Origin: Mobula hypostoma
Lineage: Eukaryota
Assembly: GCF_963921235.1 (NCBI RefSeq)
Contig: NC_086108.1
Span: forward strand, 69,194,001-69,258,000
Direction of reading: 5' to 3'
DNA length: 64,000 nucleotides
Shown here: piece after piece, positions 39,473 through 52,469 of the stretch
Layout of the letters: each line of letters opens with the position of its first letter
Numbering within the stretch: the stretch's first letter is position 1
Notes under the pieces: model-generated
Database searches by the model: none
Told to the model about the DNA's origin: nothing
Seen by the model: the letters and a program-made list of their open reading frames with translations, nothing else
Made by a program: the position numbers and the translations under genes

Positions 39473-40907
39473 TGTAGCAGGAAAGAAATTGGGGGAGGGG
39501 GTCTGAGTAGTCCTGAAACAAGGACAGTTCCATGTCTCCCACGGGAAGACAAATTTGGCCTCACATCTCATTAATTTATCAATTGAATGGCTTCATCACC
39601 ATGGCAAATCTATCAGAACTGTTACCATTGTTCTAGCCGTCCCTCCCCACCCTCTCTGCAATTTAAGCATACATTTTTTTTTCTTTTTCCCAGTTCAAAA
39701 GCAGGGGCTTTGAACTGAAACATTAACTTAGCTTCTCTTTCCATAGATATTGCACAGCTGCTGAGAGTTTCCAGCATCTGCATTTTTTGATTATCATCAC
39801 ATGTTGAATGACAACCAGATCATATTTTAGGTTGGCTATTTTAGTCCAGACTTCAGGTTCAATCAAGTCAATATCATACCCAAATTTGTGGGTAATTTCT
39901 TCAAAATTTAGATTAGACAATAGTTTATAAATACTCTGACTCAGTTTTTTTCCTGGGCATGTGGATTGCATGATGCTGCATCTTTATTGACCTTCTCTGA
40001 GGAAGGACAATACAAAATATTGAGTATATAACTGGGCATATGAAGCTGTCATACAAAATAATAATGTCATGGTTACACAGTACGTTATAGATGAACGAAA
40101 AGGTTCATAATTTGCTGATGTAGAGTGCATGATACAATTTGTCCTCTTTCCAAAGGATCCATGTACAGACCATTTCTATCATGTAGTAAATAAACTGAAG
40201 TAAAAACATTGATAATGTAGAGAGACAGGAACCTATCTGGGTGAATCATTACATGTGCCACTTCAGCTAATTCTGCCTGCTGCAAGCAAAATAAAAGATA
40301 AATTCTGTTCATCAGCTGCTTCGTTGTTTGGAGAGTAGATTCTATATGCCTTCCATATCACCCTTTTTCCACATAACTGTATAAAGATAACCCTACCCTG
40401 CAAGTCAATGAAATCCTTAAATCCCCTTTCTCTTTTCCCTCATTGTTGTTGCAGTGCTCTTTACAAGCAGCATTTGCCCGAGCCAGGACCTCAAAGGGAG
40501 CAACAGAGAAGTTTAGTGTCCACTCAGTACATATTGCAGCCCACTTGAGTGTTCCCCTCATCCTACAGGCACTAATTTGTGTACTAATTCCTAGAGAAGC
40601 ATTGTTAATGTCCAAAATCTACCAAACACAACTATACATGTGAATCAGGTGGCATGGGTATTTTGGGTTGAATTTCTCCATCTTTCTTGAATTGTCATAA
40701 AGTGTATGGAAACTACATTGTAATTTCTTTTAAACCAAAGGTTTAATTCTCCCAAGTTTTCAAAAAAAATGTTTAGTTTTCAAAATTTACATTCTTGGGG
40801 AAATTATTTTTAGTTGTTAATAAACATTCTGATGCACAGTGTAGAGCAAATAGAACTCTTTAGGGTGCAGACTGATTTATGCTCACAAAACGGTTTCTAT
40901 GTTTTAG

Positions 40908-41620
40908 CTTCTAGAGAGCCATCAGAAGACTGCGAATATAGTAGCAACAATGCTCCATGCCTAGATGAAGTTCAACAAACATCAAATTTTCAGTGCAAAA
41001 GTGGAGAAATTATTCTATGTAATGACACGTTTGATAACACAACCTCATCTCAGAGTTCTTACCAAGACTATCTGTCTCCTTTGCCAACTGATATTTCAAC
41101 ACCAAGATCCGAATCATCTTCACAAATGTCTTCAAGTTCAGAAATAGCTGATGATTTTGGAAACAAGTCTGAATACTCTCTAAATAGCTCAATACCAAGC
41201 GAAGCATTTCTGAACTTAATGCAGAGTTATTTTGGAAATGGAGATGATGTTAAGTCTGTGAAGATTTCAATCCTTCTGGACAATTCCCAGAGTGATGACT
41301 TAAGTAATAGCACTAATGTAAAAGAAACTACCAACAGAATTTCTTACCAAATGAATTCTCCATTATCTTCTGAAGGACATTCCGAAAAGGGACTACAAAA
41401 TAATTGTTATTTTTTGGATGGTAAAGACACCTTAGCGGATGTGGAATCATCCATGGCTTCAGTTGCAAGAAGCCATACTAGCCTTGAACCAGAGTTTAAT
41501 TCATTAACTCCCACAATGGTGATTGATTCAATTGACTGCTACTGTGCAAAGGACAAGGAACCATGTAGCAAAACAACTACAGTTAGATATATGTTTACCG
41601 ATAGTGAAACTGAAGCTTAA
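40908..41620 (+). CDS. Gene 1 terminal coding exon, ~236 aa, Ser/Asp/Glu-rich, probably disordered (ASREPSEDCEY...DSETEA*)
   Basis: Part of the longest ORF in the track (40814-41620), no TE motifs; acceptor ctatgttttag in phase 1; TAA at 41618-41620. Confidence 0.8.
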
Positions 41621-41701
41621 AATACAGTTATAGCTAAAATATACCAAATCATTGAACTGGAACCAGTTTAATTTTATGGCTTAAATAGAAATGATAAACA
41701 G

Positions 41702-41707
41702 AATAAA
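41702..41707 (+). terminator. Candidate polyadenylation signal AATAAA of gene 1
   Basis: First AATAAA about 80 nt after the stop codon. Confidence 0.5.
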
Positions 41708-44700
41708 ACTGATTTATTCTACTGACAGCCAACGGATAACTAAAAATCACTCAGTTTGACTTCTGTGTTATTCAGCCCACAGCTTGAATGCTTCTCTCGG
41801 TATTTGATAACAATACCCAGAACTCTATTGCCCGGAGCTCTGTTTTTGCTTTGCACATCACCTTCTAATTTAAAGGAATATTTTTCTCCACTTTGCTGTT
41901 AACTACATGCAAGATAAGAAGGCAAGCCAAGTTCCAAATCTGCCTTCCTTGATCCATCTTACTTCAGTTCTTCAGGATCCTGAGAAACTTGCCTGCATTC
42001 ACTTTGATAATGATGGGAGGAACCCAAAATTAATGGATGCATGCAAATACTTATTTCCCCTTATTTGTATTTCTTAGCTGTTGAAGACCTTGATCTTTGC
42101 ATTACTTCAGTAAATATTCAGTTCTGATTTTTTGATAATTCAGATTTTAGCAAACTCTAATGATCAGACAGGACTGGTTGTAATGATTCAACTAATGACA
42201 ATAAAAAAGTCATGATTGTTTACTGCCCATTTTTAATTATACTACTACATATTAAATTGAAATGTGAATTTCATTTTTGGAAAATAATGACAAATATAAT
42301 GGATAATTGTATATGAACGTGCATTTGATGAATACCCTACTTTTGTTGCCATTATTTCTTCTCTCTTTTCATTACTGGATCATCTTTATCCAATATTCTT
42401 CTGTGTTTGAGACTCTCAATGTATTGCAGCATTATAGTTCACGGAGAAACAGTAACAGGCAGACTGATGCTGTATCATCCTGTAAAATCAAATTGATTAG
42501 CATAGATTGTCTGATTTTCATAGAATAGACAAGTAAAATATTGGGTGAGCTATTTTATTCCAGTTTTCTTTCTCTTTAAATCATGTTTTAATTTGAAGAG
42601 AAGGAAATCTGAAACAAAAGTCAGAAACTGGGAAAACACAATGGATTCTCCCATTTGTAATTCCCAGTGAGGATTCACCCACTGTTGATGGTTTCATGGC
42701 TTTTGTATTCTATACCTATCCATTGGAAAAAAAACAGTAAAGATCACTGGCTGACAAGTTAAATTCATAGGCTGAGAGACCAGACATGGGCTACATTCAT
42801 ATGCCTGTTTTCCAATTGGGTAGCAGCACCCATGGGATTACTATTGCTATAGTTGTTCGGAATTTTGTTTTAAATCCTCAGAATAATTATTTTCCTTCTG
42901 CCTTTCTTCAGTAACTTCCTTAAAAAAATGTGCTTAGTATCTCCTCCTTCCCTACCACAGCAGAATAATGTCCCTGGTCAATCATTAAAATGTCATAGGA
43001 GTCCTAAGAGGGCTATATGGGAATTAGAACATATTTACAAAGGTTCTGTAACAAATGTTAGCTCAGCTAATTTTGAAAGTTACAATAGGGTTAAATACTG
43101 CTAATAAGTACTAAAACTATCTAAGGCAGCAAAAGACTTCAGACAAAGACCAGCTGTCCATAGGTTCTAACATGGAAGAACTGGCTCTTTAAGATTTTTC
43201 AAAAAGAAACACTAGTTCAGTATAGAATGTAGGAGCCCCTCTGACGTGTGTATATATAAAATACATGTCTGGAGATTGTAGAGTATATTGGTGCTGTCCT
43301 ACAAAGATAGGAGTTGTCACAGAAGGCAAAGGAGAAATTTTCATGACTCAAGATTTCAAAGTGAATTTACTCATATTTTGCCTGTTTCTAGTATCGGAAC
43401 TGAACAATGAAGACTGACAATGTCCTTTCTTAACTTGCTGCAACATCCAAAACATGGAGCATGCAGCCAATCTTTCATTTAATTACAAAATACACGATTG
43501 CTCAGTTGCACAGATATGTGAAGAACTGATGAGGTTGTTCCTTGAAACGATACCATTTTGTATCAAATAGCCAAAGGGAATTAGTGATGGAAGGGACATT
43601 TGTTGATTTTATTTTAAGATCCCTTACTTACAACAGTATAGAAAAGGACACAGCAGCTTTACTAAATGTGCCACTCTGCCACCTGTCACAGCTGGAAATG
43701 TCAGCTGTATTTTTATGGGCTCCAGCTGTCTTGCAAGTCACGAGAGACATTATAGTTACAGAAATTAAAGTGAATTCTTCCCTATTCTCTGGAAATTGTA
43801 CAATATTCAAGAACAATCTCTCCCTTACTTGTACTAAGACTGATATTCCATAATTCTCACTTTTTCGAAAACTGGACTCTTTAATCTGGAACAGCACTGC
43901 CTCGCTTATGCTGTCAATCTTTCTGTTCACTGTTGTTCTGGGCTCATTTGCTGCAAAACTTGATAATTCTGCCCCCAAAGTGACCCTCCCTCTGTGCTCA
44001 TGCCTGCTTCAGTCAGTTGCTGTGGTAGATACAGACCTGGTGAAGACAGGAAAACAGCTGACAGTAACACTGATGAAGCTAATTCCACGAGGAAAGTGCT
44101 TGCTTGATCACCAGGACCAGCCATTACCAGCATAGCACTCCCTTGGTTATGAAGGGCAGAAGGATCTGCTTAAAACCACACAGCGGCAGTACCCTTGGTT
44201 AAAATATTTGCTTATAATAAGGGCAGTTTGAGAAGAAAAAAATCTGAAAATATCAAAAATGAAATTTGACCTATTTTGATTGCTACCAACTTCAACCTTA
44301 CACTACCTTGTCTATCTTTTGAAGACTATATTGGGTTTTCAGTGCTGATTCTTCAAATGTGGTTGAAGTTCAGTCTCATTCCTTGTACACCAGCTATGCT
44401 TTTGAAAGGAGGAAATATAAAGGATAATGTGAAAGCAAGACAAGTGACATGTAGATTTCTTCCAACATAAGTACAGAATAAGCCACAATGGAAAGATATA
44501 GCACTACACTGTCCCTTTAAATGGAGCGGTTCTTGATACATGACTCTCTGGGGTTATTTAATTACCTTCATTATTTTGAATAACTACGTTACTCAAATGT
44601 TAACAAGGGTGGTGAATGTTCTACTGACAATCTCAAATAAAGATGTTCTACTGAAATTCTCAAAAGAAGAATTATGAATGAATAACTATAAAAATGATGT

Positions 44701-45024
44701 AACTCTTGATTTTTCATATATCATGGAAATAAAATGCACAGATTACCTCTGAGTACTGAACATCTCTGAAGTTTGCATGGTTATTTACTGAGAAATTATT
44801 TTTCTGCTGACACATGATTGCATTGCTAGATCTAGTTCAAACTGAACTATTAAGTTTGCTGATGTCACAACAGTGGTTGGCCTTATCAACATGTGATGAG
44901 ACGGCATACAGAAAAGAGGCAAAGTGCGTAGAATAATGGTGCAAGCACAAAAATTTGAGTCTCAACATTGAAAAAAAATTGAAAAGATAATTATGGACTT
45001 TAGAAAGGTGTAGACTGACCACTA

Positions 45025-45850
45025 TACCCCTACCATCCATGTACCTATACAAACTTCTCTTAAAGTTGAAATCAAGCTCGCAAGGCACCACTTGTGCTGG
45101 CAGTTCATTCCACACTCTCACGACCACAAGTGAAGAAGTTTCCCCTCATGTTCCCCTTAAACTTCTCACATTTCACCTTATCTCATGACCTCTGGTTGTA
45201 GTCCCACCCAGCCTCAGTGGAAAAAGCCCGTATGCATTAACCCTATCTATACCCCATATAATTTTGTATACATCTGTCAAATCTCCTCTCAATCTTCTAC
45301 GCTCTAAAGAATACAGTCCTAATCTATTCAATATTTCCTTATAACTCAGGTCCTCCAGACCCAGCAACATCCTTGTAAATTTTCTCTGTACTCTTTCAAC
45401 CTTGTTCACATCTTTCCTATACAGTAGATGGGTGATCAAAACTGCACACAATACTCCAATTAGGCCTCGCCAACGTCTTATACAACTTCAACATAACATC
45501 CCATCTCCTGTACTCAGTACTTTGATTTATGAAGGCCAATGTGCCAAAAGCTTTCTTTATGACCCTCTCTACCTGTGACACCACTCTCAACAAATTATGG
45601 ATCTGTATTCCCAGATCCCTTTGTTCTTCCATACTCCTCGGTACCCAACCGTTCACTGTGCAAGACCTACCTTGCACTTGTCTGCATTAATTTCCATCTG
45701 CCATTTTTCAGCCCATTTTTAACAGTTGATGCAGATCCCTCTGCAAGCCATGGTAGCCTTCTTCACTGTCCATTACACCCCCAATCTTGGTGTCATCTGC
45801 AAATTTACTGATCGAGTTAACCACATTATCATCCAGATCATTGAAATAGA
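45025..45850 (-). mobile_element. CR1 3' fragment
   Basis: ERVQRKFTRML..LYSLERRRLRGDL and QRDLGIQIH motifs. Confidence 0.88.
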
Positions 45851-45854
45851 ACAG

Positions 45855-46935
45855 TCAATGTAACATAGAAATGCACTCAAAGCAGAATGAATTAATCAAT
45901 CTGATGGCCTGCTGGAAGAAGCTGTCCTGGAGCCTGTTGGTCCTGGCCTTTATGCTGTGGTACCATTTCCCAGATGGTGGCAGCTGGAATAGATTGTGGT
46001 TGGGGTGACTCAGGTCCCCAAAGATCCTTCGGGCCCTTTTTTCACACCTGTCTTTGTAAATGTCCTGAATCATGGGAAGTTCACATCTACAGATGTGCTG
46101 GGCTGTCCGCACCACTCTCTGCAGAGTCCTGCGATAGAGTGAAGTACAGTTCCCATACTAGGCAGTAATGCAGCCAGTCAGGATGCTCTCAATTGTGCCC
46201 CTATAGAAACCTGTTAGAATTTGGGGGCCCATACCAAACCTCTTCAACCATCTAAGGTGAAAGAGGCGCTGTTGTGCCTTTTTCACCATACAGCTGGTGT
46301 GTACAGACCATGTGACGTCCTCAGTGATGTGGATGCCAAGGAACTTAAAGCTGTTTACCCTCTCAACCCCAGATCCATTGATGTCAATAGGGGTTAACTC
46401 ATCTTCATTCCTCCTGTAATTCCACAACCAGCTCCTTTGTTTTTGCGACATTGAAGGAGAGGTTGTTTTCTCGACACCACTGTGTCAGAGAGATGACTTC
46501 TTCCCTGTAGGCCACCTCATTTTTGTTTGAGATTGGGCCAATCAATGTAGTGTTATTGGCAAATTTAATTAGCAAATTAGAGCTGTGGGTGGCAACACAG
46601 TCATGGGTATACAGGGAGTAAAGGAGGGGCTTAGGACACAGCCCGGAGGAGCTCCTGTATTGAGAGTCAGAGGGGTGAAGGTGAGAGAGCTCACTCTGAC
46701 AACCTGCTGGCAATCTGACAGGATGTTCAGGATCCAGCTGCACAAGGCAGGGTCAAGGCCAAGGTCTCTGAGCTTCCGGTTGAGCCTGGATGGAATTATG
46801 GTGTTGAATGCTGAACTGTAGTCCAAGAACAGCATTCTCACATAAGCATCCCTCTTCCCCAGGTGTGTAAGGACAGTATGTAGAGCAGTGGCTATTGCGT
46901 CATCTGTCCAACGGTTGTGTCGGTAGGCGAACTGT
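45855..46935 (-). mobile_element. Rex/Babar-like LINE RT to 3' end, nested in CR1
   Basis: LQFAYRHNR..VRMLFLDYSSAFNTI and IKFANNTT motifs. Confidence 0.9.
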
Positions 46936-48441
46936 AGAAATGTAGGAAAAATGTTTTCCAATAACTTTCCCACAAGTGATGTCAGACTTACTGGCCTATA
47001 ATTTCCTGGTTTATGTTCTTTAAAACAGTGGAACAATATTGACTATCCTACAGTCCTTTGGTACCTTCCCTGTCACTAAGGATGATTTAAATATCTCTGC
47101 CAGGGCCTCAGCACTTGCCTCCCTTAGGGTAGCAAACACTACCTCCTCTGTAATCTATACAGGGCCCATGAAGTTGGTATTGTTTTATCTCTCTTCTATA
47201 GACTCTGTGGCCATCTCCTGAGTAAATACAGGTGCAAATAATTCATTTAAGATGTCACACTGTTTGGCTCCACACATGGATTACCATTCTGGTCTTCCAG
47301 CAGACCAGTTTTGTCCCATGCAATCATTTTGCTCTTAACATTTCTGTAGAATCACCTAGGATTCTCGTTCACCTTGTCTGCTAGAGAAACTTCATTCCTT
47401 CTTTCATAAGTGTTGTCTTGCATTTCTTATACTCCATGAGCACCTGATTTAGAAACATAGAAAACCTACAGCACAATACAGGCCCTTCGGCCCACAATGC
47501 TGTGCCGAACATGTAGTTACTTTAGAAATTATCTAGGGTTACCCATAGCTCTCTATTTTTCTAAGCTCCATGTACCTATCCAGGAGTCTCTTAAAAGACC
47601 CTATTGTATCCACATCCACCACTGTCGCTAGCAGCCTATTCCATGCACTCACCACTCTCTGCGTAAAAAATTACCCCTGATATCTCCTCTGTATCTACTT
47701 CCAAGCATCTTAAAACTGTGCCCTCTCGTGTTAGCCATTTCAGCCCTGGGAAAAAGCCTCTGACTATCCACACAATCAATGCCTCTCATCATCTTGTACA
47801 CCTCTATCAGGTCACCTCTCATCCTCCGTCACTCCAAGGAGAAAAGGCCGAGTTCACTCCATCTGTTCTCATAAGGCATGCTCCCCAATCCTGGCAAAAT
47901 CCTTGTAAATCTCCTCTGCACCCTTTCTATGGTTTCCACATCCTTCCTGCAGTGGGGTGACCAGACCAGTCCAGGTCTGACCAGGGTCCTATATAGCAGT
48001 AACATTACCTCTCGGCTCTTAAACTCAATCCCATGATTGATGAAGGACAATGCACCGTATGCCTTCTTAACCACAGAGTCAACCTGCGCAGTAGGTTCCT
48101 ACTTGCCTATAGCTGCTATGCACCTGCTCTTTGCTCTTAGCGAAGGCCTCCATATCTCTTGAAAACCAAGGATCCCTACACTTGTTATCTTTACCTTTGA
48201 TTCTGACAGGCACATACAAGCTTTGTACTCTTAAAATTTCACCTCCCACTTACTAAGTACACCTTTGCTAGAAAATAGCCTGTCCCAATCCACACTTGCC
48301 AGATCATTTCTAATACCACAAAATTGGCCTTTCTCCGATTTAGAATCTCAATCCGCAGACTAAACGTATCTTTTTTCATATTTACTTTGAAATTAATAGC
48401 ATTGTGATCATTGGATTCAAAGTGTCCCACTACACTGTCAC

Positions 48442-49686
48442 TGTCATGGTCCGGTCCATGAAGTCCGCATTCTGGTTCATGATCCGGTCCATGGACTCAG
48501 GACTCCGGGTCTTCCAGCTGTCCCTTGTTCAGTTGGGTTAATCATAGGCACCTGATTCTCATCTTGAGGCTTGGAATATAAGTAGCCTTGAGGTCGAGTG
48601 TGGGCTACTGGTTGGTCTTGTCAAGATCCCCTGGGAACAAACCGCCAGTGGACGGCTAGAGCGCCACTTGCTATTTTTAGGCCGCGTTGGAGAACCCTCG
48701 CTTCACGGAGCTGTCTTTGCGGTATGGATTGGACCGTTTCCTGGGCCAGCTTAGTGGCCGTCAGCCACTCCGAGCTAGGTAGGGATCCAGCTGTTTCCGT
48801 AGCCAGCCGAGGTTGCTGGCCGTAACTGCGACTCGGAGCAACCCCGATGCAGAGATGGAACGCCGTTCTTCGGTGTTTGTCTCTTCTTGTCCTCACCTCT
48901 GTGGGGTAAGTCAGGCTGTTCTGCTGTTGCCCTGCGGGAGATCAGTCTTGTCTTGTCCTTGCCTCTGTGGGGTAAGTCAGGCCATTCTGCTGTTGCCCTG
49001 CGGAGGATCTGTATTGTCTTGTCCTCGCCTCTGTGGGGTAAGTCAAGCCGTTCTGCCATTACCCTATGGTCGGATCTGTCCCCTCTTGTCCTTGCCTCCG
49101 TGGGGTAAGTCAGGCCGTTCTACCATTACCTGACAGATGGACCTGTCCCACCATGGTGTGGAGATAAAGTTGAGTCCCGGTTTGTCTAAGGATAAGTCTC
49201 GGCTCTATGTCTCTGTACTGTCCAGTCTCATGTTAGTGTCGTGTTAAAGATGAGTCCCGGCTCTATGTTGATGTACAGTTCCCAGTCTGTCTCCGAGCTC
49301 CAGCCTCCGCATTCCAAGACCTCAGCTTCCAGCCTTGAGCCTTGAGCCTCAAGCCTCAAGACCCCAGCCATGTCCAGTCCTGTAGCCATGTCATGTCCTT
49401 GCCTAGTTCTGGGGTCCGAACCCAAGGAAAGACCCAGGTTCTGGGTCCTTGTCCGGTCTCTGGCTCGGAGTCCAAGTCCAGGCTCCTGGTTGCAGGTTCC
49501 ATGTCCTGGTTCCGCTATCCTAGTCAAGTTCTAGCCGGGGCCCTGTATCCTTGTCTCGTCCGGGGCCTGTGTCATGTCCAGTGTCCTTTCTCCCCTTGCT
49601 TCCTTGTCACGCCTAGTCCTGTTCCTAGAACTTCAGCGTCTGTGCCTCACATTTGGGTCTGCCACCAATGCCCTCCCCGTGTGACA
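48442..49686. mobile_element. Solo LTR-like insertion, 1245 bp
   Basis: TGTCA...TGACA termini, 5-bp TSD GTCAC (48437-48441 / 49687-49691), TATA-like motif at 48577. Confidence 0.85.
48885..49130 (+). repeat. Four ~66-bp tandem units inside the LTR
   Basis: GTGGGGTAAGTC recurs at 48901, 48967, 49033 and 49100. Confidence 0.9.
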
Positions 49687-51149
49687 GTCACTTGCCCTGA
49701 CTCATTCCATAACAGCAGATCCACTGTCACACACTCTCTCATTGGGACTTCTACTTACTGATGAAGGAAACTTTCCTGAATGCATTTGACAAACTCCCAT
49801 CTAGTTACTTTACTGTATAGGATTCCCAGTCAATATGTGGAAAGTTAAAATCACCTCATAACAACCTTATTTTTCTTGCAACAGTCTGCAATCTCCTAAC
49901 AAATCTTTCCTCTAAATCCCTAGGACTGTTGCAAGGTCTGTAATATAGCTCCATTAACATGATCATACCTTTCTTATTTCTCAGTTCCACCCAGAACACC
50001 TCACGAGTCGAGTTTTTCAGTCTGTCCGGACAGAGCACTGGTGTGACATTTTCCCTGACAAGTAACGTCACCCCTTCTTCTTTAATTCTCCTCACTGTCA
50101 TGTCCAAAACAATGGAACCCCGAAATATTGAGCTGCCATTCCTGCCCCTCCTGCAACCATGTCTCACTAATGGCTACAATGTCACAATTCCAGGTGTTGA
50201 GCCATGCCCTGAGATCACCCACCTTTCCTACAATACTTCTTGCATCAGTCTATGAGATATGACAGGTCAAGTACCTATTGAAATATTTCTTAAATGTGAT
50301 TAGTGTTTCTATGTTGACCACCCTTTCACACACTAAATGCAGATCCCTACCAACCAAGTTCCTCTCTAATCATTGCACTTTAAATCTGTGACATTTAGTT
50401 ATGCTTCAAAAATTAGGTCTGCTGTATAAAGGTTTTTCATGATTTTATATACAGATATTTGTTGTCAAGTAGTGGTAAACTTATTTTGAATGGAAAAAAG
50501 ATTGACAATACCATTTTAGTATCTCGTTCACAATACATAAATATTATTGCAAAGTAGTAACATCTTGATATAAAATACAGTAGGTCCACTTAATCAAACC
50601 CTACACAGGAACAGACTGCACAAACTATTACTGGCTCCTTAACAAACAATAACCACTGGAAATACTCTGCACTAATCAGGTTAACCAAACCATTTGTAAT
50701 TTATTTTGTGTACTGGCAGATGAGACGTTAACTGAATTTGTGAGCCTCCCAAAAAAAAGGTAAAAGGAGACGAAAAAAAACTGTTCCTAGTAATTTGATG
50801 ACATAATGATTTTATCGGCATTATGCACTTGAATTTGAATATTTGATGCACAACTTCCAAGAATATGGCGATTCTACAGCAATTATGCAATTTGCAAAAT
50901 GATGTGCAATTTTGGTTGCCCCACACCTTCTGAAGGGCAAAATTGCTTTGGAGAGGGACTTCACCAGCACATTGCCTGGGGGGGGGGGGAGCACTTAAAT
51001 CACAAAGAGAGACTGGATGGACTGGCTTTGTTTGTCTTGAAGTGGAGGAGGCGGAGATGGGGCCTGATAAAGGTATAAAGAATTATGAGGGACATAGGTA
51101 GGAGAGAAGAATGAAAACTTTCCCAACAGAGGAGTTAAAAATCAAAATT

Positions 51150-52220
51150 AAATTTATTATTGCTGACTTAATGATGTGAAATGTGTTGTTTTGCGGCAGC
51201 AATACAGTGCAAGGGCATAAATTACTAAAGTAAATGAATAGTGGAGGAAAAGCTGAGGTAGTGTTCATGACGTCATCAGATCATACAGAAATCTGGTGGA
51301 ATGGAGTAACTGTTTCTGAATTGATGAGCAGGGGTCTTCAGGATCGTGTCCAGGGAGAGAGGTGGTGCAGCATTTTTTAGTAATGGGGAAAGGGCATGTC
51401 CGGGATGGTGAAGATCCTTGCCGTGCTGCATTTTGAGTTGCTGCGTCTTTAAGAACCACTTGTGGTGTAGAGGCTTCTGCCTCAATAGAACTGGCTGCAT
51501 CTACACTACTCTGCAGCCTCTTGAAATCCTATGCACTGGAGCTTCCATATCAGTGTGTGATGCCACTAGTCAGAATGCTCTCCGCCATGCGTTTATACAA
51601 ATTGGTAAGACTTTGGCAACAAATCTTATCTCCTCAATATCTAATGAAGTAAAGATACAGGTGTGCCTTCATTTTGATTTGCATCAATGTTTTGGGCCCA
51701 AGAGTGATTCTCCAGGGTGTTGACACCCAGGAAGTTCCAACGCTGACCACTCAATGAGTACTGGTGTGTGTTCTCCTGACCTGCCCCTCCTGAAGTCTGC
51801 AATCAATTCCTCGGTCTTGGCAACATTGCGTGTGAGGTTGTTGTTGCAACACCACTTAACCAACCCACCTCACTCCTGTATACGTACTTGTCGCCATCTG
51901 AGATTCTACCTCACTCCTGTATACGTACTTGTCGCCATCTGAGATTCTACCTCACTCCTGTATACGTACTTGTCGTCATCTGAGATTCTACCTCACTCCT
52001 GTATACGTACTTGTCGCCATCTGAGATTCTACCTCACTCCTGTATACGTACTTGTCGCCATCTGAGATTCTACCTCACTCCTGTATAAGTACTTGTCGCC
52101 ATCTGAGATTCTACCTCACTCCTGTATAAGTACTTGTCGCCATCTGAGATTCTACCTCACTCCTGTATATGTACTTGTCGCCATCTGAGATTCTACCTGT
52201 ATCAGAGGTGTCTTTCACAA
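51150..52220 (-). mobile_element. Degenerate Rex/Babar-like LINE
   Basis: KDLHHPGHAL and KTEELIADFRR-like motifs on the minus strand. Confidence 0.75.
51867..52194. repeat. Minisatellite, 8 x 41 bp (ACCTCACTCCTGTATACGTACTTGTCGCCATCTGAGATTCT)
   Basis: Head-to-tail copies at exact 41-bp spacing, few substitutions, no spacers. Confidence 0.97.
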
Positions 52221-52469
52221 ATTTACAAGAGTTTAGGGAGATTAGAGACATCAATTTATGATAAGGAATAAGAGGTTCAAAGGGAATCAAGTACCTGGGT
52301 GAATAGGATTAGTGGAGGTGGGGATTTGATGGATGGCACAAAATTGTGGATCAAAGAGTGATTTGAGCTGTGCGATTCTATGACAGTGTTACCATCAGTG
52401 AAGGAAGTGAACCCAAGTGCAGGACACCAACACGTAGGTAGTATTAACAGAAGATGTTTATTAACAGTT

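Larger units (their letters stand above)
46940..50255 (-). mobile_element. CR1 ORF2 (EN to RT) hosting a younger CR1 3' end (~47451-48090) and a solo LTR
   Basis: PGNYRPVSLTS, SNDHNAINF, WVELRNKKG..YYRP motifs. Confidence 0.85.

Noticed and set aside
43628..43978. 116-aa minus-strand ORF as an exon
   Set aside because: TTG start, in-frame stop ~30 nt upstream, no convincing splice sites or recognisable domain.
51867..52194. CRISPR-like array
   Set aside because: Units are contiguous with no unique spacers, the context is eukaryotic, and the unit derives from LINE sequence.
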